Assembly (NCBI GenBank): GCA_030390025.1
Contig: JASTWF010000034.1
Coordinates: 3,844,001 to 3,908,000, forward strand
Direction: 5' to 3'
Source: Squalus acanthias
Lineage: Eukaryota
Length of the DNA stretch: 64,000 nt
Part shown: positions 38,996 through 48,830 of the stretch, one piece after another
How the letters are laid out: the number at the start of each line of letters is the position of its first letter
Numbering within the stretch: position 1 is the first letter of the stretch
Notes under the pieces: model-generated
The model's database searches: none
Told to the model about the DNA's origin: nothing
The model's input: only the letters and a program-made list of their open reading frames with translations
Made by a program: the position numbers and the translations under genes

Positions 38996-39686
38996 AACGG
39001 GGATGGAGATCGTGGATATCCCACATCTCCTCGAGATTTCTCCAAAATGCTCCATGTGCGCTACGGGACTGCAATGTTCCCAAATCTTTCAATATTGTTT
39101 GTTTTCCTAAGGCGCTAAAAGCTTGCTACTTCGCTGTGGGATTTTGTACCGTTCCCCCTCTTTTTAAAGGGGCTGCTTTGACTACGTTTGGTTTCTCCTG
39201 CCCTTTTTCTAGGTTTTCGTCGTCACTATCCTCCGTTGGGCGGACTGATGCCTCTGGGGCGTAAGGAGGTGGTATTTCGTCCTCACTTTCGGAGCCCTGT
39301 ACTTTTACCGGGGCGCACAAATGTGCCTGCCTTTCGTTCCACAGTTCCGTTTTGTCCAGCCGGTACCCATCAAGGACCGTCTGGCCTCCTTTGTATAACA
39401 ATAACTCTTGTTCTAATTCCAGAATTATTTCATTTTTACTTGCAAGTCTAGTGTGGACTCGCTGCACCTTGTTAGTTAATGCGACTAATTGGTTTACTAG
39501 TATCACCCCCGCCTTTTTTGTCTTTTTCTGTTTTTGACCCTCCCACTACTCTCTTTGAGCTTTCGGATTCTTAAGCGAGTCCCACCCCGTCTTCGTCATC
39601 TTATCAACTAAAATCTTCCGGTCGTCTGCATAGAACCTAATAAGGGACCCCGTTGATCCCCATTCTATTTCTTTCCCCGATGCCAT
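38996..39686 (-). pseudogene. gag: Endogenous retrovirus gag N-terminal remnant
   Basis: ATG 39686 (MASGKEIEWG) downstream of PBS and leader; coiled-coil-like stretch, PPPY late-domain motif, then probable start of capsid. Confidence 0.7.
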
Positions 39687-40160
39687 TTTGTAGTCCAACT
39701 TACAATCTTACCAAATGCTGAGTTCCTCTACTCAGGTTTGTTCTTGATACCTTCAAGACCTTCTAGCGGAAATTAGTCACAACATACATATATATATATT
39801 TCTTGACTTCACGATCCCAGGGTGCTTTGGAGCCTCTACACCTACTTGATCCTGGCCATCACGTGGGACTACGTCCTCTTAATTCAGGCTCAGGCTACGT
39901 GTTTCAGACATGCACAATCCTTGTCTTTGTCGTTTCATCACTCACTCATTCATTCGCGACATTTATCGCTACACAGTGTTCCCTTTAGTACTTGCGATCC
40001 ACACTCTCACAACTGTGTTCTCCTACCTCTCACAGACTTTGCTTGATTCTTGTATCTACGGCACTGTCACTCCGCCTTTCCAGGTGACTCAATTTCTGTA
40101 CGGGCAAAATTGACTTCTCTTCTGGATTCACTGGTGCGGGCGGTCTTTCAGTTCCGGAGC

Positions 40161-40178
40161 ATCCTGTTGACTATGCCA
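40161..40178 (-). promoter_or_regulatory. Primer-binding site, tRNA-Ser type
   Basis: TGGCATAGTCAACAGGAT, 15/18 to the tRNA-Ser complement TGGCGTAGTCGGCAGGAT; 2 nt after the LTR-terminal CA. Confidence 0.8.
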
Positions 40179-40180
40179 AT

Positions 40181-40766
40181 TGTTGATGAAAAATAAATTC
40201 ACTGGAGTCTGTCTCGAGGCAGAAGCTCACAGTTTATTATACAGGGCGATCTGGGAGAAGAGCCATAGACACCGCGGTATAGTGTTCAACTTCTCGTCGT
40301 TACAGTGGTATCGGAACTTCTTTTATACATTATAGGGCCGGTAACGCAATTCGCTACAGACAAATGTCTCCACCAAATCACATTCCCCTAGCAACAAGCC
40401 CCATACCCAATCATGTATCTCCACCACTGACTTGATTATAACCTGCACTTTGAGCTAAATTTCCTTGTTACTTCCCTTCTGAAACTATAAACATATAGAG
40501 TGTTGCGCCACATCTGCATTTCCGGTCTGACTGGTCATGCGGTGATTGGTTCTCAGGTGCAACCGTTGTGCTATTATCGTAGTCGTTTGTTCCTCCTTGG
40601 TGGGCTTCAAGTTGTCTCGCACGTACGCATGTTGATGTTAGACATTACTTATCGCACTGTAGCAGCGAAGCCATTCTGTCTTGTCTCATTTACGAGTCCA
40701 CCTTTTCCAGCACATTCTTTAACTCTTTACGTTGCTGCTTTAAGACCCATAATTTTCACCCTAACA
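40181..40766 (-). mobile_element. 5' LTR of the tRNA-Ser-primed ERV (about 586 bp)
   Basis: TGTT...AACA termini; TATAAAA 40327-40321 and AATAAA 40238-40233 in U3-R-U5 order; followed by the PBS. Confidence 0.75.
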
Positions 40767-40898
40767 TACGTTAAAGAGCCACTATCTGTTAGAAAACCTA
40801 AAATTCCACCAGGATCTTCGTTGATCAGACGAAAATCCAACCGAAAATCCAAAGGCCTGCTTTATGCACAATAGACCTGATTTCAGTTAATAGTCACA

Positions 40899-40916
40899 GC
40901 CTCTCGTTGGGCGCCA
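40899..40916 (-). promoter_or_regulatory. Primer-binding site, tRNA-Lys(1,2) type
   Basis: TGGCGCCCAACGAGAGGC, 16/18 to TGGCGCCCAACGTGGGGC; 3 nt after the LTR-terminal CA. Confidence 0.85.
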
Positions 40917-40919
40917 AAT

Positions 40920-41683
40920 TGTAGCTTCCAAAAGCTCTTATAATAATTTGTCCGTGACTCCAGAAACCACTCTGCGTACAGGTATATTGTGTATCAGTAA
41001 AATAGGTTTATTAAGCATGAAACATCCAGTAAAAAGAAGGAATACTTAACAAGGAGATAGTCACAGTCTTGTTCATTGAACCCCGGCGTTCCTTCCGAGC
41101 GACTGTGGCGCGGTCTCTTTCTTCTCTTGCTGTTTTCTCTTGACTGAAGCTCCTTCACCTCTGGTTCGCGCTGCCTTCAGTGTTCAAAATCCGTATCTTT
41201 ATATACCTTTTTTCCCCTCTCCCTACGTGAATGCAAACAGCTATCCGACACAATAAATGTTTTATGACCTTGTTGATCCCACTCGGACTCGCTTTGTGCA
41301 TATCAAAGGGCCCTTTGAACTTTAGATATTCTCTTTCTAAAAACCATTTCCCAAGATGTTGTCTAAACATTTTGTCCATTTTATAGTAGTTATCACTGTG
41401 GGGTACTTCTCTTATCTCTCTCTCTTCTCCAACTCTTATCTCTTTTCTATCACATTACTGAATACCACGTCCCTGATAGTCTCCATAAACTTAGCATTCC
41501 ATTCCATTACTTCAGTAATTGCAAACAGAGCGAGTTTCAGTCAGGTTAGCACAATTTCCCATCCTGCTTCTCTCTCAGCCATTCGCCATTTTATACAGGC
41601 TTTAAGGCTTTTAACAGAAAATTTCACATATTATAGATAGACAAAAATGTTTACTAAATCATACAAATGCACCCTATCCTACA
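40920..41683 (-). mobile_element. 5' LTR of a second, tRNA-Lys-primed LTR element (about 764 bp)
   Basis: TGTAG...CTACA termini; TATATAAA 41205-41198; AATAAA 41012-41007; followed by the PBS. Confidence 0.8.
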
Positions 41684-41905
41684 GGTGCGGGTTATATCAG
41701 TGTGTTACAGTAAGGGGTGTGGGTTATGTCAGAGTGTTACATTGAGGGGTGTCGAGTATATCAGAGTATTAAGGTGAGGTGCGCGGGGTAGTTCAGTCTG
41801 TTACAGAGAGAGTTTTGGGATATGTAAGAGAGGATTAAACTGAGGGGTATATCACGGTGTTAAAGTGAATGGTGTGGTGTATATCAGAGTGTTAAAGTGA
41901 GGTGA
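41684..41905. repeat. Degenerate reverse-strand relative of the 30-bp minisatellite at 13103-17343
   Basis: Repeated TATATCAG(TG)TGTTACAGTGAGGGGTG-like units. Confidence 0.7.
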
Positions 41906-41944
41906 GTAGTCCATTACTCTGTATCTAATCCATGGGTACCTGCC

Positions 41945-42080
41945 TATTCCAATGAAAGGTCATCGACCTGAAACGTTAACTGTGTTCCTCTCTCCACAGA
42001 TGCTGCCTGACCTGCTGAGTATTTCCAGCATTTTCTGTTTTTACTTCAGATTTCCAGCATCCGCAGTATTTTGCTTTTGT
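41945..42080 (+). mobile_element. Penelope-like element terminal fragment with degenerate hammerhead motif
   Basis: CCAATGAAAGGTCATCGACCTGAAACGTTAACT followed by CTCTCTCCACAGATGCTGCCTGACCTGCTGAG; second copy on the minus strand at about 46003-46160. Confidence 0.7.
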
Positions 42081-42127
42081 GCGCCTGCCTGGAATTGTTT
42101 GATGGGACAGTACTGAGGTATCGTTAG

Positions 42128-42885
42128 CAACATAAGAACATAATAAATAGGAGCAGGAGTAGGTCATTTGGTCCTTAGAGCCTGCTCCGCCATTCAATAT
42201 GATCATGGCTAATCATCTACGTCATCTCCACTTTCCTGCACTATCCCCATATCCCTTGATTCCCTCAATATTCAAAAATCTATCGATCTCTGTCTTGAAT
42301 ATACTCAACGACTTATTCTCCACAGCCCTCTGAGCTAGAGAATTCCAAAGATTCACAAGCCTCTGAGTGAACAAATTTCTCCTCATCTCAGTCCGAAATG
42401 GCCGACCCCTTATTCTGAGACTGTGACCCTTGGTTATAGACTCCCAATGAGATCCCCTCTCATTCTTCTGAACTCTAGAGAATATAGGCCTAGTCTACTC
42501 AATCTATCCTCATAGGACAATCCCCCCATCCCAGGATCCAGTCTGTTGAACCTTCGTTGCACTCCCTCTTTGACAATTATATATTTCCTTAGGTGAGGAG
42601 ATCAAAACTGTACTCAATACTCCAGGCGTGGCCCTATATAATCGCAATAAGATGTCTTAACTTTTATACTCAAATCCTGTTGTAATGAAGGCCATTTGCT
42701 TTCCTAATTGCTTGCTGTACCTGCAGGTTCCCGTTCAGTGATTTTTGTACAAGGACACCCAGGTCCCTCTGACCAACAACATTTCCCAACCTCGGACCAT
42801 TAAAAAAGTATTCTGCTTTACTATTCTTCCTACCAAAGTGGTTAACTTCACATTTCTCCGCGTTATTTTGCATCCACATATTACG
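42128..42885 (-). mobile_element. CR1 3' fragment with internal deletions
   Basis: MQNNAEKCEVNHFGRKN; 3'UTR and (TTCTTATG)n tail. Confidence 0.88.
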
Positions 42886-44829
42886 TCCACGTAAGTTATT
42901 AGAATATTAATCACAATGCAACCAGACAATCAACAAATACAAAGTTTTGTGGTTCTTTAATTCGCAGTCTTAAAAAGAACTGAACAAAACGGGTATCCGT
43001 ATTTTCAACTTCAATCATTTCCATTAATAAACGTGGTCCTCTTGAACCAGAACACCACCCATGTAACAGGTCAGAAATGCAGCACTTATTCACAAGTGTA
43101 CAAAAACACATACACAAATTGCCTCAAAGAAATAGAAACAAAACGGAGGAAAAGCTGTGATTTAACAGAAAGAAACATTTGTCTTTCTTTCTGGACAGGA
43201 GAACCAGTCAGGCTGACTTGGAAATGTTTACTCATATGTTGACGTAAAGATTTATAATTTACCAATTTCGTTTCTAATGTTTTTCTCTCAAACATTCTCC
43301 ACAATATTAATCCCTGCTCTTATCACGAAAAGTGTTGAATTATTTTAGGTAGTTCGCAATTAAAAGCAGGAAACAAACTTTATTGTACTGTCAATGTTTA
43401 ATCTTCTATTTCAAACATTCAAACCAAATCGAATTGTAATTTATCAGTTTAATCAAAGTATTTTCTGTGTCTTTCGAAAAAAACAAAGAGTGGTTTCTTC
43501 TAAAGTAGCTTCCTGAAATTGTATACATCATTACATAACTCTTGTTTTTATTAACACGCCAAAAAATATTTCAGAGGAAATCTACATTTACATTATTCCT
43601 GCGATTTGTTCGGACTATAGAACGACAGACAAAATAAAATGGTTTGTGTTTGTTCCCTTTTTTGGATCTCTTCCTAAATGCCTTAATGGTATATTTTAAA
43701 ACGTCATTAAAAAGTAATATTTAACTCCTACAAATCCTTCCCTTCCCTCCCCCTCCTCAACACCATGGTTGCATGTTTGTGTAAAGGTACTCACTTCATC
43801 GATCACTCAAAATCAGATATTGAGAAATTTCAAATTTAAAATTTTTTAAGCATTTCAGAGCCTCTTTAAAAGCGTTTGGACTTCAAGACCTGTTTGAAAC
43901 TTCTTTAGATGAGGGGGAAATTGGCTTTTGCTTCAGTCTCTTCCGAAATCATATTCGAAACTTAGGGGGGAAAAGTGTTTTTAAAGTCATTTTGTGTGAA
44001 AAGTTCATTAAAAATATTTAAATTCTTTCAAGTCTCTTTGCAGCTTTGACAGAAGAAGTGGCTGCAAGTTTCTCTTTCCCCCTTCAATGCTGTCGTTAAG
44101 CACTCGACAAAATATAATAAAATAAAGTCTAGTTCCAAATGGAGCTCAAATCAGAAAGTGAATATAGCGGTTAAACTTCATAAGAAGGCGGTGAGATTAT
44201 CTCTCCCCAGCCTTGGCGATGAGTTGGGATCAGTTTCTGGAGATGTTATTTCCTGTTTTCCTGCTGCCGTTCCCTCCGTCTCTCAGACTCTGAGGTACAA
44301 ACGGGGGCACAAACTTTTTCACCCCTCTCGCAACATGATTTAAATAACCCTGATAAACTATTTCAAAAAGGGGACGAGCCCTGGCAAAATTGAACTGGAA
44401 CCTACCACGAAACGTTCATTATCACTTTCCCATATCTATTTCCGGCTTTAAGCAATTATCTGAATTAACAAAAAAACAAATTCTCATATCTTTGTTTCAC
44501 CGTGGGGCTAAAAAATGTTTGTTTTCGCCTCCTTCCAGCGGCCCTTGTACCATTGTATACGCGCTGCACCTCCACCTGTGTTGTTCCAAAGTGCGGTCGC
44601 CGCTCAGTCACCCGGAACGGACTACACGCGTCTCCATGGAAAAGGGACTGAATGATTCTCGAGACAGCGCTCGCCGGGTGCCTGGGCTCTGCATCTCAGC
44701 AAATGTTGTTCCAATTCGGATCGGCTCTGTGAGTTCACAAACGGCTCTGTGAAGATTCGCGGGTCATTGGGTATTGTCCCCTCCGCCCGCTCCAGCTCAC
44801 TGTGCCGCCTGTGAATTTCAGTGCACGGG

Positions 44830-45955
44830 ACATAAGAACATAAGAACATAAGAAATAGGAGCAGGAGTAGGCCAATCGGCCCCTCGAGCCTGCTCCGCCA
44901 TTCAATAAGATCATGGCTGATCTGATCCTAACCTCAAATCTAAAGAACACAAGAAGTAGGAGCAGGACCCTGCCACTCAGCCCCTTGGCCCGCTCCGCCA
45001 CCCACAGGGCCCTGACCGATCCGAACTCAGCCTCATGTCCAATTTCCTGCCCGCTCCCCGTAACCCCTAATTCCCTTTGCTTCTAGGAAACTGTCTATTT
45101 CTGTTTTAAATGTATTTAATGATGTAGCTTCCACAGCTTCCTGGGGCAGCAGACCTACTACCCTCTGAATGAAGAAGTTTCTCCTCATCTTAGTTTTGAA
45201 AGAGCAGCCCCTTATTCGAAGATTATGCCCCCTAGTTCTTGTTTCACCCATCATTGGGAACATCCTCACCGCGTCCACCCGATCAAGACCCTTCACAATC
45301 TTACATGTTTCAATAAGATCGCCTCTCATTCTTCTGAACTCCAATGAGTAGAGTCCCAATCTACCCAACCTCTCCTCATATGTCCACCCCCTCATCCCCG
45401 GGATTAACCGAGTGAACCTTCTTTGTACTGCCTCGAGAGCAAGTATGTCTTTTCTTAAGTATGGACACCAAAACTGTATGCAGTATTCCAGGTGTGGTCT
45501 CACCAATACCTTATATAACTGCAGCAATACCTCCCTGTTTTTATAATCTATCCCCCTAGCAATAAAAGCCAACATTCCGTTGTCCTTCTTGATCACCTGC
45601 TGCACCTGCATACTAACTTTTTGATTTTCCTGCACTAGGACCCCCAGATCCCTTTGTACTGCAGTACTTTCCAGTTTCTCGCCATTAACATAATAACTTG
45701 CTCTCTGATTTTTCCTGCCAAAGTGCATAACCTCACATTTTCCAATATTGTATTCCATCTGCCAAATCTCCGCCCACTCACCCAGCCTGTCTATATCCCC
45801 TTGTAGGTTTTTTATGTCCTCCTCACTTTCTACTTTCCCGCGCATCTTTGTATCATCTGCAAACTTTGATATGTTATACGCGGTCCCCTCCTCCAAATCG
45901 TTAATATAGATTGTAAAGAGTTGGGAACCCAGCACCGACCCCTTCGGAACACGAC
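44830..45955 (-). mobile_element. Young 5'-truncated CR1 with open ORF2 C-terminus and doubled 3'UTR
   Basis: 300-aa ORF 45033..45935 (KFADDTK, VRPHLEYCIQFW); two successive 3'UTR/tail modules. Confidence 0.93.
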
Positions 45956-46002
45956 TGGGACCTTACAGATCTCCACGCACCCACACACCTTCCAGGGAAC
46001 AT

Positions 46003-46160
46003 TGCTCAGCAGGTCAGGCAGCATCTGTGGAGAGAGAAACAGAGTTAATGTTTCAGGTCGATGATCTTTCATCAGAACTGGAAAATGTTACAGCTGTAAC
46101 AGATTTTAAGCAAGTACAGAGGCAGGGAAACGGGGGAATCGAGGAAAGAACAAAAGGGCA
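46003..46160 (-). mobile_element. Penelope-like element terminal fragment with hammerhead core
   Basis: Minus strand AGTT-CTGATGA-A-AGATCATCGACCT-GAAA-CATT-AACT followed by CTCTCTCCACAGATGCTGCCTGACCTGCTGAG. Confidence 0.72.
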
Positions 46161-46619
46161 GTTCAATTCTGTACCTGCCCTGGGTGTATTTGGTGGGATT
46201 GCGTAGCGGGAGCTTTACTCGTGCTGTACTTGCCATGGGACAATTTGATGGCACAGTGTAGAGGGAGATTTACCCTATGACTAACAGGTGCTGCAAAATG
46301 AGAGATTACAAAATGCTGAAGTACAGAGGGATCTGAGGGTCCTTGTACATGAATCACAAAAAGTTAGCATGCAGGAACACTCCCAGCGCAAGTACAGCAT
46401 GGGTTAGATACAGATTAAAGCTCCCTCTGCACTGCCCGTCAAACACTCCAAGCGCAGATATAGCACCGTTTAGATACAGCGTAAAGCTCCATCTACAATG
46501 TCCCCTGAAACATTCCCAGGGCAGGTAAAGCACAAATTGTGTTCAAGTTCCCTCACGCAGGGACATTGGTTACAGAGTTCGATTCCACACCAGCAGAGAC
46601 ACACGCTGTACACAGGGAC

Positions 46620-47557
46620 ACAAGTTTGCTGACGAAACGAAACTAGGTGGGATTGTGAGTTGTGAGGAGGATGCAAATAGGCTTCAAGACGATTTAGACA
46701 AGTTGGGTGAGTGGGCAAATACATAGCAGATGCAGTACAACGTGGATCAATGTGAAGTTATCCACTTCGGTCGGAAAAACAGAAAGGCAGAGTATTATTG
46801 AAAGGGTGATACATTGGGAAATGTTGATGTACAAAGGGGCCTGCGTGTCCTTGTACACCAGTCACTGAAAGCAAACATGCAGGTGCAGCAAGCAGTTAGG
46901 AAGGCAAATGGTATGTTTGCCTTCATTGCAAGAGGATTTGAATACAGGAGCAAGGATGTCTTATTACTTTTATACAGGGCCTTGGTGAGACCACACCTGG
47001 AGTACTGTGTGCAGTTTTGATTTCCTTACCTAAGAAAGGATATACTTTCCAGAGAGGGAGTTCAGCGGAGGTAAACCAGACTGATTCCTGGGATGGCAGG
47101 GCTGTCGTGTGAGGAGAAATTGGGTCAACTGGGCCTGTATTCACTAGAGTTTAGAAGAATGAGAAGGGATCTCATTAAAACGTATTAATTTCTGACAGGG
47201 CTAGACAGAATGGATGCAGGGAGGATGTTTCCCCTGGCTGGGGAGGGGGTTCTAGAACGAGGGGTCACAGTCTCAGGAGATGGGGTAGGACATTTAGGAC
47301 TGAAATTATGAGAAATTTCTTCAGTCAGAGGCTGGTGAACCTCTGGAATTCTCTACCACAGAAGGCTGTGGAGGCCCAATCGCTGAATATATTTAAGGAG
47401 GAGATAGATTGATTTATAGAGACAAAAGGCATCAAGGGTAATGGGGAGAGAACAGGAATATGGTATTGAGATAGAGGATCAGCCATGATCATATTGAATG
47501 GCGGGGCAGGCTCGAAGGGACGAATGGCCTACTCCTGCTCCTATTTTTCTATGTTTC
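46620..47557 (+). mobile_element. CR1 3' fragment
   Basis: LVHQSLKANMQVQQAV...VRPHLEYCVQF; 3'UTR and TTTCTATG tail. Confidence 0.9.
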
Positions 47558-47559
47558 TA

Positions 47560-47985
47560 CTTGTTACAGAGTCCGACTCCACACTGGGAGAGACACACAC
47601 TGAACACAGGCATACTTGTTGCAGAGTCCGTCTCCACACTGCGAGAGACACACACTGGTCACAGGGTCATTTGTTACAGAGTCCGACTCCACACCAGCAG
47701 AGACACAGATTGTACACAGGGACACGTTTTACAGAGTCCGACTCAACATCAGCAGGGACACACATTGTACACAGGCACACTTGTTACAGAGTCCGACTCC
47801 ACACCAGCAGAGACACACACTGAACACAGGGACACTTGTTACAGATTCCGACTCTACACTGGGAGAGACACACACTGAACGCAGGCATACTTGTTACAGA
47901 GTCCGACTCCACACCAGCAGAGACGCAGACTGTACACAGGATCATTGTTACAGAGTCCTACTCCACAGCAGCAGAGACACATTTA
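47560..47985. repeat. 55-bp tandem repeat
   Basis: CTTGTTACAGAGTCCGACTCCACACCAGCAGAGACACACACTGAACACAGGGACA; one further unit at about 46555-46622 on the other side of the CR1. Confidence 0.88.
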
Positions 47986-48107
47986 CTTGTATCTCAGAAT
48001 GCTGTACCGACCCACTGAGTATTTGATGGGACAGTGTAGAGAGAGCTTTAATCTGTATCTAACTCGTGCCATACCTGCCAGCGAGTGTTTGATGTGAAAT
48101 TGCACAG

Positions 48108-48345
48108 TGACCTGCTGAAACCCTCATCCGTGCCTTTTTTTACCCTAACTCGTACCACGTCCCTTTCACCGATCATCCCTCTGCTCGCTGACATCCATTG
48201 ACTCCCGGCCTGGCAACGCTTCAATTTTAATAATCGCCTTGCCCTTCCCTATCGCTGTAACCTCCTCTGTCCCCACAACACTTTGAGATCACTGCACTCC
48301 TCCGATTCTGGGCTCTTGCGCATCCTGGATTTTAATCGCTCCGTA
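48108..48345 (+). mobile_element. Old L2 fragment
   Basis: Similar to 12370-12720 (GCTGAAACCCTCATCC, TGCTCGCTGAC, TAATCGCTC). Confidence 0.65.
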
Positions 48346-48830
48346 TTTTTATCTTTAGTTCTCCATCTTTCTCTGTACCTTTTCTCCATCTCTCCTTTAA
48401 TCTCTTTCTGCACCTTAATCTTTCCATATATCTTTCTACTTCTTTTCTTGATCTCTGTCTTTGTATTTCTCACTATCTGCTTTCTGGTCCTCAGTTTCTC
48501 TCAGTTGTTCTCTGGGAATTTGGGAGTGATGAAATAAGAGAATGAAATATGTTTTACTTAGATTTGGAGAGACAGGCTGTGAGGGTCCCTGGGTTACATT
48601 CTGAGACCAGTGGGGCACACACGCAGGTTGTATAAAGACTGGTGTCCTGTATCTCGAATGCTTTTCCTTATATCTCTGTGTTTCTACAGTTTTCTTTATA
48701 TCTCTGTACATCTCTCTCTATGTGCCTCTCTGTATATTGATCTCGCTTTATATTTCTGTATCTCTCTGTACCTTTCCTTTATTACTTGATAATTTTGTAT
48801 TTCTTGAAATCTCTACACCTTTCGCTTTGA
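48346..48830. repeat. CT-rich low-complexity region
   Basis: Degenerate TCTCTGTA/TTTC runs. Confidence 0.6.

Noticed and set aside
40181..41683. TRIM-like mini element with paired LTRs
   Set aside because: The two LTRs are dissimilar, no polypurine tract precedes the second, and the second has its own PBS
43086..43304. Possible endogenous DNA-virus or transposase ORF in AT-rich sequence
   Set aside because: Short, no motif recognised, and the frame is not preserved in the paralogous copy at about 49.5 kb
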